This document shows, piece by piece, positions 40,133-51,084 of a stretch of 64,000 nt of DNA. A program made the position numbers and the translations under genes. The stretch is from positions 1,056,001 to 1,120,000 of the forward strand of contig CM000434.1 in NCBI GenBank assembly GCA_000165345.1. The letters run 5' to 3'. The notes under the pieces are model-generated. The model was not told where the DNA came from, did not search any database, and saw only the letters and a program-made list of their open reading frames with translations. Position 1 is the first letter of the stretch. Each line of letters opens with the position of its first letter.

Positions 40133-40772
40133 AGAAAAATAAAGGACACAGTTTATACTTCCTCTCTAATTCAATAATTTTAAAAACAATTATTAGTCAA
40201 ATTGTTATTTAAAAAAAATTCTTTATAATTTATTCCTGTTTCTCAATTGATTTAATTTCACCAAAAATAAGCACAGATTGTGAGTATTACAAAGATGTCA
40301 AAAAAATATATGTTTACTCTATTAATTCTCAAGGTAGACTCTATTTGCCACCTCTTGTGTTGAATCTTTACAAATCCTTCAGCTACCACAATCAAAATCC
40401 CTTGGGCATTCTGACGCCTGAAAAACCTAAGGATAATTCTATATTGAGGCTACTGCCAATTAACTATTTGTCCTAAACCAGCAGTCTGCCACTTTACCCA
40501 CAACAAATAATGCCCTTAATTTTTTGTTTGTACAATTCCTTTCCAATTATCCTATGATTTATAATTATAATTGTGAGGAACTTCTCATCCTCGAGCAATG
40601 CAATTTGGGTCTGCATTTTGCGGGACAATAACGCGAATTCGAGCATGTTGGCGCCAACCTGTTTTTATGAACAAAGATCAATACGAAAATATAAAAGTAA
40701 TATATTGAGAAATCTATAAATTTATCTAAATTAAATAGTTTGAATATGTGTAATGATCACCTATTTTGTTAA

Positions 40773-41321
40773 TTAAATCATCTTTAATGCATTGTAGATA
40801 ATTATGTTCTTTTTTGTGGGAATTTTGAAATCAGAAAACGGAACTACTAGGGATTTTTCGTCTTTAATTATGAGTCCAATACATGGTGAAAGTTCCATAT
40901 AAGTCATTTTGTCGTAGATAATAGCAGAGATTATCTTTGTCGTTTCAATAAAAGAACAGGATCTTCCAAAAAGATATTCCGTCTCTAGTTGGACTCCAAT
41001 TCCATAGAAAATCAAGATTGACTGACGTCTAACTCTAACTTTTCTATAATATATCAAGAAAATCATTAAAATTGGGATGACTCTCAGCCAAGTCGAAAGG
41101 CTAAAAACCCCTTTATTAAGGATTTGAGTAGCAATATAGGCTATTCCTGAAACCAAAACTATAGGAAAATATGTTCTTTTCTTTGAAGCATTAAATTTAG
41201 CCACAGAATTACCATAGTAGGTTGTTTGGAACTGGTAATCTTTGAAGTCGTTTGTCTCAATCTTGGTCGTCTCTGCGTTTTCCTCGAAATTACAGATATT
41301 GCTACCATTAGGATTTTTCAT
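40773..41321 (-). CDS. PIGH: GPI-GlcNAc transferase complex subunit PIG-H (Gpi15-like), 182 aa
   Basis: True ATG (cat at 41319-41321). It has two transmembrane segments (FPIVLVSGIAYIATQIL, VIPILMIFLIYY) followed by the conserved PIG-H core SILIFYGIGVQLETEYLFGRSCSFIETTKIISAIIYDKMTYMELSPCIGLIIKDEKSLVVPFSDF. Compare human PIGH TLLIIDSLGIQMTSSYASGKESTTFIEMGKVKDIVINEAIYMQKVIYYLCILLKD...QVVPVF. Confidence 0.65.
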   Translation of the reverse strand: MKNPNGSNICNFEENAETTKIETNDFKDYQFQTTYYGNSVAKFNASKKRTYFPIVLVSGIAYIATQILNKGVFSLSTWLRVIPILMIFLIYYRKVRVRRQSILIFYGIGVQLETEYLFGRSCSFIETTKIISAIIYDKMTYMELSPCIGLIIKDEKSLVVPFSDFKIPTKKNIIIYNALKMI

Positions 41322-41587
41322 TGTTCATATTTTTTAAACACACTTAACCTTTTATCAAGCAATTCTCATCGTTTAGCTATCATAGAAGGAATCCTACCTT
41401 ATTCAACTTTAAATGAACAAATAATTTTTGCTCAAATAACCAAAAAATTTCACTATGCCGGTATTCACGAATTTTTACACGTAATTTATTCAAGGGCGCG
41501 ATAAATTCCCACAAATTAATTAGTGGAAAAAATATATAAGTTAGAAATTTACAGGTCCAAGAAGATTGCTCTTCAGAGACAAGAAAA

Positions 41588-42803
41588 ATGTTTTCTACTT
41601 CTTCTTTTGGGTCCCAGAATAAGTACAATGTGAATAATAGTATTGAACTTTCCAACTGCCCAAATGACTCTATCAGTAAGGTAAGTTACTCAAATTCAAT
41701 AGAATCTTGGATAAGCCATACAATGAAAGACTTCTCCAGATTTGAAACATCCACTTTAGAGCATTTACTCATGTTATTGTCTTGTTTAGGTATGCTGGTC
41801 AATGAATTCTTCTCTATTAGCTGCATCTTCCTGGGATAAATCCGTCACGGTTTGGGAAGTACAACATATGGGCGGAAATTCTGTCAACACTCGGTTTGGT
41901 AAGTTTCTGATTTCCCCTAAAGTCTTTAATGACTTACTAATTGTCTTTATAGGAGCTTCTTTTCAGCATTCTGCACCAGTTTTGGACTGTGCCATAAGTT
42001 CAGATAGTAGGTATCTCTTTTCTGGAGGATGCGATAATGAGCTTAAGATGCATGATATGTCATCAAGACAAAGTCAAACAATAGGAAGACATGATGCTCC
42101 TATTTCTAATATATTCTGGTGTGATGAACAAAAGTTTGTGGTAACAGGAAGCTGGGACAAAACTATCAAATTCTGGAATGGACAATCTCAGAATCCAATT
42201 TATTCTCTAAGTATACCAGAGAGAGTATATGCAATGGACCTCAAGTATCCTGCCTTAGTGGTTGCAGCAGCAGATAATGCAGTATATGTCTGGAATCTCC
42301 AGAATATTACTCCAACTCCTTATAAGAGAATTCAAACCCAGCTTAAGCTTCAACCAAGATCAATATCTCTTTTCCCAGATAGAACAGGTTTTGCTATTGG
42401 CTCGATTGAAGGTAGATGTGCTATTGCCCACATAGAGGAGTCTCATAGAGATAAGAACTTCCCTTTTAGATGTCATAGAGTCACAAGTAGCAGCCCTGAT
42501 ATTGCTTATTCCATAAACAGCATTGATTTTCATCTACAGTATGGAACGTTTGCTACCGGTGGGAGTGACGGTGCTATAGCCTTTTGGGATAAAGATAACA
42601 AATCCAGATTAACAATCATGAAGACAATGCCAGCTCCCGTAACTGATATTAAATTTAGTCCGTCTGGGAAACTCCTTGCATATTCTCTAAGCTATGATTG
42701 GAGCAAAGGATACGATAATACTGCGATTAACAACAGCTGCAACAAAGTCTTATTACACGTAATGAATGATGAACATGTATGTCCCAAGGGAAAACGTAGC
42801 TAG
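41588..42803 (+). CDS. RAE1: mRNA export factor Rae1/Gle2 (WD40), three exons, about 351 aa
   Basis: Exon 1 is 41588-41680 (ATG; MFSTSSFGSQNKYNVNNSIELSNCPNDSISK, FG-type N-terminus). Intron 1 is 41681-41789 (GTAAGT...TTGTCTTGTTTAG). Exon 2 is 41790-41898 (VCWSMNSSLLAASSWDKSVTVWEVQHMGGNSVNTRFG). Intron 2 is 41899-41952. Exon 3 is 41953-42803. The spliced product is colinear with human RAE1: GSWDKTIKFWN, LSIPERVYAMDLKYPALVVAAADNAVYVWNLQN, TGFAIGSIEGRCAIAHIE, DKNFPFRCHR, TFATGGSDGAIAFWDKDNKSRL and LAYSLSYDWSKG. The track splits the gene into two ORFs in different frames. Confidence 0.8.
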
Positions 42804-42951
42804 AACCTAGATATCAGCCTAAATTAACACTATATAGATGTCTTTTATAGTAAAGGGAAACAAAATCCCAAAATATTGACACTCCATTCTAGAAATATAG
42901 CTCCCTGCTAATTAATTATATATTTATAATTAAATTTTCCCCTCCATCTTT

Positions 42952-43000
42952 TGCATGCAATTGGAAATTAATACAATAAATTAAAAATTTAGGCGGGAAA
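42952..43000. promoter_or_regulatory. TGCATGCA + E2F-like GGCGGGAAA pair upstream of RPL26
   Basis: ttgcatgcaa is at 42951-42960 and ggcgggaaa at 42992-43000. The RPL26 ATG is at 43112. Further GGCGGGAAA copies are at 10287-10295 (upstream of the ankyrin gene) and 56627-56635 (upstream of RFT1). A reverse copy TTTCCCGCC is at 9445-9453. A TTTGCGGGACAA plus the 12-bp palindrome GTTGGCGCCAAC lie at 40617-40658. Confidence 0.5.
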
Positions 43001-43111
43001 TTGGCTGAAATTATTGAAATAGAGAGACGCCGCCGCGGTTTTGAAATTAGTCTCTGCTTTGTTAGGGAAATTTCATTGTTTGAGAAATTTTAGTTTAAGG
43101 TAAAAACGAAG

Positions 43112-43657
43112 ATGAAGTTTAGCAAGGGTAAGTTTTGTGTATGATTAAATGGTGATTAGGAGGTGTTTAACTAAATTCCTTTCATAAACAGACGTAAGTT
43201 CATCTGCTTCTAAATGCAGAAAGAGCCACTTCGCTACCACATCAACTCAAAGAAGAGAGTTGATGGCTTCTCCTTTATCAAAGGAGCTCAGACAAAAGTA
43301 TAATGTAAGTTTTTTATATGGATTGTATTACTTTTTGAGTTTTGACTAACCAATTTCATTAATTAGGTCCGATCATTACCAATCAGAAAAGGTGACGAGG
43401 TTATGGTCATTAGAGGTTCCAACCATGACTACGAGGGAGTTGTTACTCGTGTCCACAGAAAGAAGTTTGTCATCAACGTTGAGAGAATCACCAGAAAGAA
43501 GACAAACGGAGAGTCTGTTCCAATTGGAATTCACCCATCAAATGTTGTCATCACTAAGCTAAAATTAAACAGAGACAGAAGGGAACTTCTTGCTCGCAAA
43601 AATCGCTCAACTAAGAAAGGAAAGTACACAAATGCTGATGCAGCAGATCTAGACTAG
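43112..43657 (+). CDS. RPL26: 60S ribosomal protein L26 (uL24), three exons, 139 aa
   Basis: Exon 1 is 43112-43127 (ATGAAGTTTAGCAAGG). Intron 1 is 43128-43191. Exon 2 is 43192-43304. Intron 2 is 43305-43366 and contains GACTAAC, which resembles a branch point. Exon 3 is 43367-43657. The product [121 protein letters not shown]... is colinear with human RPL26, including the KOW motif. GGCGGGAAA and TGCATGCA motifs lie 110-160 bp upstream. Confidence 0.85.
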
Positions 43658-44122
43658 GTAAACAATATAGTTTCTTTTAGTGATAGTAAATTTTGAGTCG
43701 GTTTATGGGATTTATTGTCGTTTTTGTTTTCATTGTGAGTGTATTTTTGTCTTGTATCTTTCTTTCCGCACTCTGTCAAATTATTTGTTTGTTTTCTCTA
43801 TCTATTAACCATTGATATTAGTACTATTACTTGCTTGTTGTTTTTTACATTAATAAATGTCTGAATGGACAGACCCGCCCAAATGTGGGCGCCTAATTAG
43901 AGACGGAATTTAATAGGTACCTATATATAAATTAATAAATAATAATAATCAAACTAGTAATAAATTGCATTTTTTTAAGAAAAAATTAAAGTAAAAAAAC
44001 TCTGTCTCTAAAAAAAATAAAAAAAATATTGCGCTAAGAAAACCAAGACTCGGCATAATAGAAATACTAAAGACAGATTTATCTCCATCTGTTGTAGGAA
44101 TAATATTTAGAAGAAATCCAGA

Positions 44123-44749
44123 ATGGGTATTAGCAGAGATAGCCGTCACAAGCATCGTGCCACTGGTGGCCGTATGCCAATAGTTGTTAAGAAGAGAAAG
44201 TATGAAATGGGTCGTCCAGCCTCAAATACTAAGCTCGGAGCCTCTCCAAGAGTTAGAGTTGTTCGTTGCAGAGGTGGCAACAAGAAGTTTAGAGCTCTTA
44301 GACTTGATAGTGGAAACTATTCATGGGGATCACAAGGTATTTCCAGAAAGGCACGTATTATGGAAGTTGTATACAATGCATCTAACAACGAGTTAGTTCG
44401 TACAAAGACTTTAGTTAAGAATGCAATTGTTGTTATTGATGCTACTCCATTTAGACAATTCTATTTACAAAGATATGGTGTTGAGTTAGGTAGACGTAAG
44501 AATGCTGACGAAAAGAGTGATGAAAAGGATGCTCAAAAGGCCAGTGGTCACTTGCTTGCAACTAGAAAGGCCAGATTGATGAACAATGTTATCGACCCAT
44601 TAGTTGAGGAGCAGTTCGGAATTGGTCGTCTTCTCGCTTGTGTTTCTTCTCGTCCAGGTCAATGTGGTAGATGCGATGGCTACATTCTTGAAGGTAAAGA
44701 ATTAGAGTTCTACAAGAAGAAGCTTGAAAAGAAGAAGGCAGCTAAGTAA
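44123..44749 (+). CDS. RPS8: 40S ribosomal protein S8 (eS8), 208 aa, no intron
   Basis: ATG at 44123. The product [39 protein letters not shown]...[28 protein letters not shown]...[13 protein letters not shown] is a textbook eS8. Confidence 0.9.
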   Translation: MGISRDSRHKHRATGGRMPIVVKKRKYEMGRPASNTKLGASPRVRVVRCRGGNKKFRALRLDSGNYSWGSQGISRKARIMEVVYNASNNELVRTKTLVKNAIVVIDATPFRQFYLQRYGVELGRRKNADEKSDEKDAQKASGHLLATRKARLMNNVIDPLVEEQFGIGRLLACVSSRPGQCGRCDGYILEGKELEFYKKKLEKKKAAK

Positions 44750-44962
44750 ATTTTGCAATAATGCCATTAGTTATTTAGTAGTTGATCAGATTTTCATAGT
44801 AAATTAAGTATTAATTCTTTTTTACAATTTGTAATTATGGTTTATTTCTTCGTTTTATTGATCGTTGTTTAAACTGTTATTTATGGTTTGTTGGATCTGA
44901 TTGTTGATTAATGTTATGTTTTTTCTCTATATATTCCATACTAATATTTCTCTTCTTCTAAT

Positions 44963-45841
44963 TTATTGATTTGAGTCTTGCTTACTAGTGGTTATTTCAG
45001 CATCGTTAGAGAGTTGTTCAAAACTGAAGTCTTGATTTTCAACAAGAGTTTTTTCTACTGGGTTATTTGGTTGGTCTTGCTTATTAGTTGGACTGGTTTC
45101 AAGCTCTTGTTCGGAAACTTGCTCTAACATTGTATCTGAGATTGAAGCATTATCTAAATTAGAATCAGAAGAATTAATCAATTTTGAAATAGCCTGTACG
45201 CTAATAGAGATTGATTCTTTTTCTGTTTCTGGAATGGCCTCTCTTTCCAAAGGTGATTCTTGGCCTTTATTCTGAATAAGCGTTTGAATTATTTCTTCTT
45301 GTGAAGATATTTCAGAGTTTCTTTCAACTTCAGAATTCAAGTTTAAAGTGAAATCCGTATTGCCAAGTTCTGACCCAGAAAAATTTTTAATAGAATCCTC
45401 TTTTTTAGAATCTTGGCTTAAAGAAGTATTAATTACTTCAACTTTTAATATATTTAATTCATTATCTTTTGAATCAAATTTTCCAAACTTTATATTATTA
45501 TTTTCATTTAATCCAGAATTTAAATTATCATTATTTGATTCATTTAAGTTGGGTTTTTTATTTGGCTTAGATTTCTTTTTGTTCTTTTTACCAGTTTTAT
45601 TAGTTTTCTTTGCATTACTAGGATTCAAAAGTTTGAGTTCTTTTTTATATCTAATTAGTGAAAGTTTGTTTTCTACATCCACCAATTCTGTATTATCGAT
45701 AATAATCTAATTATTCAAAGTTATTGATTAATATAATAAGAATTAGTTTATATATAATAAACTTACATTAAATGGGCAAACTTCATCTGGGGATGAATCA
45801 CAAACTTGTTTAATAAACTTTTTCCTTAATGAAGATGCCAT
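44963..45841 (-). CDS. Lys/Asn/Ser-rich low-complexity protein, two-exon model, about 273 aa
   Basis: The track ORF at 44963-45685 starts on TTG. Its frame is open upstream to a TAG at 45709-45707 with no ATG, and that TAG is the acceptor AG. Proposed exon 1 is 45841-45767 (ATG; MASSLRKKFIKQVCDSSPDEVCPFN). The intron is 45766-45707 (GTAAGTTTATTATAT...GAATAATTAG, 60 nt). Exon 2 is 45706-44963 (IIIDNTELVDVENKLSLIRYKKELKLLNPSNAKKTNKTGKKNKKKSKPNKK...). There is no recognisable domain. The 5' exon sits 20 bp from the stop codon of the upstream GT34 gene. Confidence 0.45.
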
Positions 45842-45861
45842 TGGTGTAAGGCCTATATTAA

Positions 45862-47243
45862 TCAAAAGATTGATCGCTTATTAATATGTTTTCTTTTTTT
45901 TAGAATTATAAACCGACCTGATAAATGTGCAATCCAGTCTCCACTTCTCCAATGCCAAAGTAAGTTATCTTTTCTAAAATGTGTAGAACTTCTCCTCACC
46001 GAATTCATGACTCTTGGTGAAACTACTGTAATGTTATCGCTTGAGTAAATAATTCCATTTAGATCTAAATTATTTTGCATTACAAATGTGCAATACTTGA
46101 GTATCTTTTCAGCTTCGATTTCATTTTTATCTTTTACAAGTATATTGGTTAATAATGGTTGATCTTTCAAACCTTGAAAAAAAAATAGAGAAAGAAAATA
46201 TTAAATGGAGTGAATGTAGATACTGATTATTATTATTTCAAATGATTCTTATTACATACCTTTAGCATTCCAGTGATTCTCTCCATTATATAACAAACTA
46301 TTTCTATAAGCCTTTGAATATAAATGAGTATAATGTCAAAAATAACCAAACTATTACTTTTCTCATTCCATTAAACTATTACTGGTCATTCAAAACTTAC
46401 CTGTTTAATTAATACTTGGAAAACTAATTGAAGAGAAAATAAGGAATTTTTGAATAGCATTATTCCATTATTTATTGGATATCTCTCATCAAAACACTTA
46501 GTATCAGCTGAAATAATTAAAGCAGTGCTAGCTAAAGTATACTTTTCAATAATATCTTCAACTTTGACTTGATAATTTGTAAACATTGCATCCAAATCCA
46601 TATACAATACCCAATCAATACTTTTTAGATTTACGATTTTTTTATTATATGTTACTAATTCTTGATTTGTGAATAACTTCCAAATTGCTAAATATCTCCA
46701 ATAATGAGGAAAAGCACACTCTTGTTCTAATTGAAGTTAATGTAAGCTTAGATACTGCATTTAAACATACCTTGAGTTTTATTTGAACTATTATCTTTAG
46801 ATTCATCTTGTCTAATTTTTTGAGAAAAAAAAATTCAAATTTGTCATTAAAAAGAGTATTAAAACTTACTTTTTAGTCTTTTTGCAAAAGAAGTGTAGAT
46901 AACAATATTTTTGTTTTCTTGAATACTCGATTCTGTTTCTTTCTAGCTCTACTAATGTGTTAAAATCCTCATCTCCTGCAGTCAAAATGACTATTCTACA
47001 TTGAATTTGCTTTGTTTCAGTAGTTCCCAATTCAAACTCATCATCCTCATTGTTCTCTTGATCATAATACAATGTGTTAAATAAGTATCTATCATTATTC
47101 CTTGTCCATTCTGGCATCCAATCTTGCAAATATGAAAATTTGAAATAGTTTTCATCGCCATTAATTTTTGAAACTGTTGCTTGATTGAATGAAATACCTA
47201 CAAAACTCAAAATATAAAATACTTTTAAAATTGTTTGAACCAT
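45862..47243 (-). CDS. GT34-family glycosyltransferase (Mnn10/Gma12/XXT-type alpha-1,6/1,2 hexosyl- or xylosyl-transferase), type II membrane topology, five exons, about 315 aa
   Basis: Exon A is 47243-46870. It begins MVQTILKVFYILSFVGISFNQ (signal anchor) and contains RIVILTAGDEDFNTLVELERNRIEYSRKQKYCY, compare GT34 PRIv.vTgSd...NK.dYcR.HGYe. Intron A is about 46869-46812. Exon B is 46811-46771. Intron B is 46770-46727 (GTATGT, 44 nt). Exon C is 46726-46401 and contains IDWVLYMDLDAMFTNY (GT34 WIWWMDSDAlFTD, the DxD motif) and INNGIMLFKNSLFSLQLV (GT34 LNAGVFLIRNCQWSLDFM). Intron C is 46400-46312. Exon D is 46311-46260. Intron D is 46259-46173 (GTATGT...TTTTTTTTTCAAG). Exon E is 46172-45862 and contains SSTHFRKDNLLWHW (GT34 THF block). 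The phases 2/1/0/1 close the frame. The track reports three separate ORFs. Coordinates may be off by 1-2 nt. Confidence 0.65.
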
Positions 47244-47509
47244 CTGACCAATTTCTCAGTTCAATTGGGCTTTTAAAAATGAATATAACTGTCATATGGT
47301 ACTTCTACTTCCAAGCAAGTTTTAATTTCGCTCTTAATTATATTACTTATTAATCATTCTCATCAAAAACTAAATTTTTTCTTATTGATGTAAATGTATA
47401 ATTTTTTTATTGTTATCTAAAAATATAAAGTCAGTATTTATTTTTTTTAGACTGGCACATGCAATTCCACGTAATATGCTTACGTCATTGCTATTTTTGT
47501 ATGAGGATG

Positions 47510-47545
47510 TGCATGCGCGCATGCATTTGCAAGTAATACCGGTAT
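47510..47545. promoter_or_regulatory. 16-bp perfect palindrome TGCATGCGCGCATGCA, then TTTGCAAG, then 10-bp palindrome ATACCGGTAT
   Basis: TGCATGCGCGCATGCA is at 47510-47525 and ATACCGGTAT at 47536-47545. They lie 270-300 bp upstream of the GT34 gene start (47243, minus strand) and 160 bp after the Spt5 stop (47702). Confidence 0.5.
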
Positions 47546-47701
47546 ATGCATAAGTGCTTGTCCACATTAAGACTTTTTTTTTAATTTAAATTAAATTATT
47601 ACATTAAAATAGAATAAAAACTCAGTTAAATTAAAAATAATTTTTCTTAAATTAATAAAAAGTAATCTATCAACTAAAACTACTAAGAATTTTGGTGAAT
47701 A

Positions 47702-50700
47702 TTATTCTGGAGGAGTGTGATATTTGAATACAAATTGGCCAGAAACTTTTGTAGTGGACTGTCTATTACTATCTAAAATGAGGAAATCATCTCCTTCAAC
47801 AGAATCTATTATTCCAGTAAAAACTCCAGTTTGAGGGGAAACAGAAATAGAATTTTCACCAGGAACAGGCTTATTTGGAGTAATGCTTTGAGGAGCAATT
47901 GCAATCATTTCATCAGGACATATTTGACCGTTAATTATCAAAATAATATAGCAAGTTACTTGAGGAACTTCAGGTGGGAATAAAATATCTGATATAATTC
48001 CTTTTTGATTAAAGAATTCGCCTTGGGAAATTACTGTTACCTCCACCCCTCTCCTACAAAATAGAGGATGATTGTTAGAGTTCTCGTCAGTATGGCCCGA
48101 ATTTTGCTGAGAAAGCTCCTTTCCACCTGTCCAATTTGGTTGCTTTACTTGAGACGCAGGTTGGGTGTTCATTTGCCTGGCCTGACCACCAAAGCTGGAA
48201 GCTTGACCACTTCCAATTGTAGCGCCAACAAGAACTATATCTTCTCTGCGAAGAAGAACTGTGTGTGGTCCAATGTCAAGAAGGACTTCAACATTATTAC
48301 CTTTAAATCCACGTATGGAGCCAAGGAGAGCCTTATGTTTGCCTCTAAGTATTCTAACCTTTTGATTAATAAAGGCATCATCTGGTCCGCCTCTTCTGTT
48401 GGAATGCAAGCCCATACCATAAACTCTTCCGTAACCTCCACCTGAATTCCCACCTCCAGAGTTGCCCTTCTTTGGCCCATTTGTGGGTTTTGTAGCAGCA
48501 TCCATTCGGCTGCTCTCAGCTGTCTTTAATGTCAAAAGTTGCCGTCCTTCGCAAGTAAAGTATCCACCATCATCAAGCTTAGATGGTAATTTGATAAAGC
48601 AAGTGGATTTCCAGATATGCTCAACTTTGCCAGATTTTCCAGAGTTTGCGCCTTCTAAGATTTGAACTGTCGATTTTACTCCAAAAATATTACCGTTATG
48701 ATCAGGAATACGATGCATGAGAGAAGTATTTCTTTTTGATGAAATTTCGGATGACTTAATTGTGATGCTTTCTCCTGTGCTAGTTAACAATCTCAGATTC
48801 TTATTCCTTCCTACAAATACTATAACTCCAACTTTACCATTATAAAGTTGTACCAAGTCATCAAGAGAAAAACCATCCACTGTTGAAAGTCCACTAGTAA
48901 CTACAACATCTTGAGAAACTTTTTTAAGAAAATTGGTTGGGCATCTTATTGGTTGGGCTCCATTTAATGGATAAATTATAGCAACTGTATAATTTTGGTC
49001 AAAGCTTGTAACTAACCCAGATTCGCCCTCATTTACGCCTTCAACAATTTGAACAGAGTCTCCGATATCGAATGATTTACAAACAAGATCAACCTGAGTG
49101 AGAATTGGTTCAGTGATTCCCAATGATTTGTCTATTGGCAAAACTTCCAAAGATTTATTAATTCCAGAGTTTACTGCTACTACCTTGGCCTTAATTCCTA
49201 TCAGCTCACCTCTTGTTATCGTAACAGTATCTCCAACAAAGAAAGAGGTGGATTTCTGTGTTTTAAGAAGAGTTTTTGAATCAATATTCACCTCTGATAA
49301 ATCAGATACGCCAAAGAACCTCTTGATCTCCTCAATTGTTGGTTGAACTGCATCCCCAACAACTAAACGGTTTGCCTTCATTTTCTTCAGAAGATATCCT
49401 TTTTCCTGTTCAAAAAGCTGGTTTGCAAATTTCACTGTTCCACGTAAGTGAGTGAGTTCAACTACTCCACCAAGTGATTCAACTTTATCTCTATCAAATA
49501 GTTTTGCTGGTGGTCTGATTCTGGATTTGGAAAAGCTAACGTCTTGAGAATTCTGGGATTTTCTTATAAGTGCAGGAACATCCAATCTAGGTACAAGCCG
49601 CAAAATCACATTAGCTTCATGTTCATCAACCTCGTAAATTTGAGCTAAATCGCCTCCATAAATCCCACTTCTAACTCTAACCCAACTCTCACGCATCAAC
49701 TGCTCCTTTTCCTGCATATCCACAGAAAATACTCGAGTCATTTCTTTAACTGGAATAATTTTTATAGAAGAAAGGCGAACTCCCGTAAAACCCTGAAGTG
49801 CTTCATTAACAAAATTTGGTGCTTCTGCCTCCACGTATATATAACCTCTATAACTTGAAGCAACATATGCGGATAAAATTGGCAATTCTTTGCCTTGTTT
49901 TTGGCATTCTGCTGCTTTTTGAACTAAAGCAATACAAATATCCTTTTCAAGCCCAGCGCGGTCAACTTTAACAAGCCATAATTTTGGGTCTCTTGAAGTT
50001 GGAAGTACATCGCAAGCCTGTACAGAACTTGTTACCTCAGAACTACCAAATTCTGTCTCCCGCTCAGCTTCACTTACTTCTCCACCTTCTTTTTGCTCAT
50101 ATCTACGCTCAAGTTGTGCAATTGCTTCTTCTAAATGGCCAGCACCCCCTAAGTGCCTTCTACCCATGTTCTCATCACGTTCAAGATCAGCTCTTCGTCT
50201 GGCTCCAATTTCAGCTGCATTTGAAGCATATTCCGACTCTTCATGATAAATATCCTCATAATATTCACCCTCATCTTCTTCATCATCCTCACCAACCAGA
50301 GCCTCAACATCTAAAAATGCATTCACATTATTATACGAACGTTTCTTGGAGCTTTTCTTCTTTCCACTATTACTACTACGTTTTGAATGCTTTAATGAGG
50401 AAACACTCCTATCCCTCCCTTCTGAACTTTTTTTCCTCTTCTTTGGTGGAGAGTCGTTATCAGAGTCTTCTGAATCTATTTCATCGTCCTGTGATTCTTC
50501 TTCTTCTTCTTCTTCTTCTTCTTCCTCTTCCTCCTCATCCTCCGATCTTTGTGGTAATTCTTCTTCCGATGATATTATCTATTTGGTAAAGGATTCAAGT
50601 TAAACAAGTTATTTAAAGATCAATTTAAAACAAACTATACATATTAGTAATATGGTATTACAGAACTATTATCAAAGTAAGGGGCTGTTGATCATTTTCC

Positions 50701-50789
50701 TAGATCTCCAGCACAGTCTATAAAACCATATTTATGTATAAGATTTAATTAAAACTTACTGGTTGTTCATCCTCCTCAAACTTTGACAT
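47702..50789 (-). CDS. SPT5: Transcription elongation factor Spt5 (DSIF large subunit), two exons, about 970 aa
   Basis: The track ORF starts on GTG at 50326. Its frame stays open upstream through a poly-Glu acidic tract to a TAG at 50581-50579, which is the acceptor AG. Exon 1 is 50789-50760 (ATGTCAAAGTTTGAGGAGGATGAACAACCA = MSKFEEDEQP). The intron is 50759-50579 (GTAAGTTTT...CCTTTACCAAATAG, 181 nt, containing TACTAAT). Exon 2 is 50578-47702. The body has the acidic N-terminus, an NGN domain (LWLVKVDRAGLEKDICIALVQK...GYIYVEA) and multiple KOW motifs (GDTVTITRGELIGIKAKV, GDSVQIVEGVNEGESGLV, VRILRGKHKALLGSIRGF). A C-terminal repeat region (GGNSGGGYGRVYG) follows. Confidence 0.8.
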
Positions 50790-51042
50790 CACAGAAAATG
50801 TGTTAAAGCCACAAAAAATTTAAAACTCTAATATAATAATAGATTGGCCTTTCCCGTAATAAATTTTTAGACTGAAGTTATGCTGGATATCGAAAACTCT
50901 ATTACTCAGCTATTATCCAAGGCCTTCAAATTTGCCGATATATTATAATCCGCAAATTCTTTATAATATATTTTTTTTTATATAAATATATTTAATAAAT
51001 AAAATGCGCTAAAATTTTCTGAAGCTACTCAATTAATGGGAC

Positions 51043-51084
<42 letters not shown>

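Noticed and set aside
41681-41702. Possible 22-nt mini-intron GTAAGTTACTCAAATTCAATAG in Rae1
   Set aside because: It is too short for a spliceosomal intron and leaves the frame shifted. The same GTAAGT donor paired with the pyrimidine-rich acceptor at 41789 restores frame and homology.
43192-43200. ACGTAAGTT inside RPL26 exon 2 looks like a splice donor
   Set aside because: It encodes D-V-S of the conserved N-terminus (MKFSKDVSSS). Using it would break homology and frame.
49984-50603. 201-aa and 85-aa plus-strand ORFs (His/Leu-rich and poly-Ser)
   Set aside because: They are antisense to the Spt5 acidic N-terminus and are simply the reverse reading of the GAA/GAG codon repeat.
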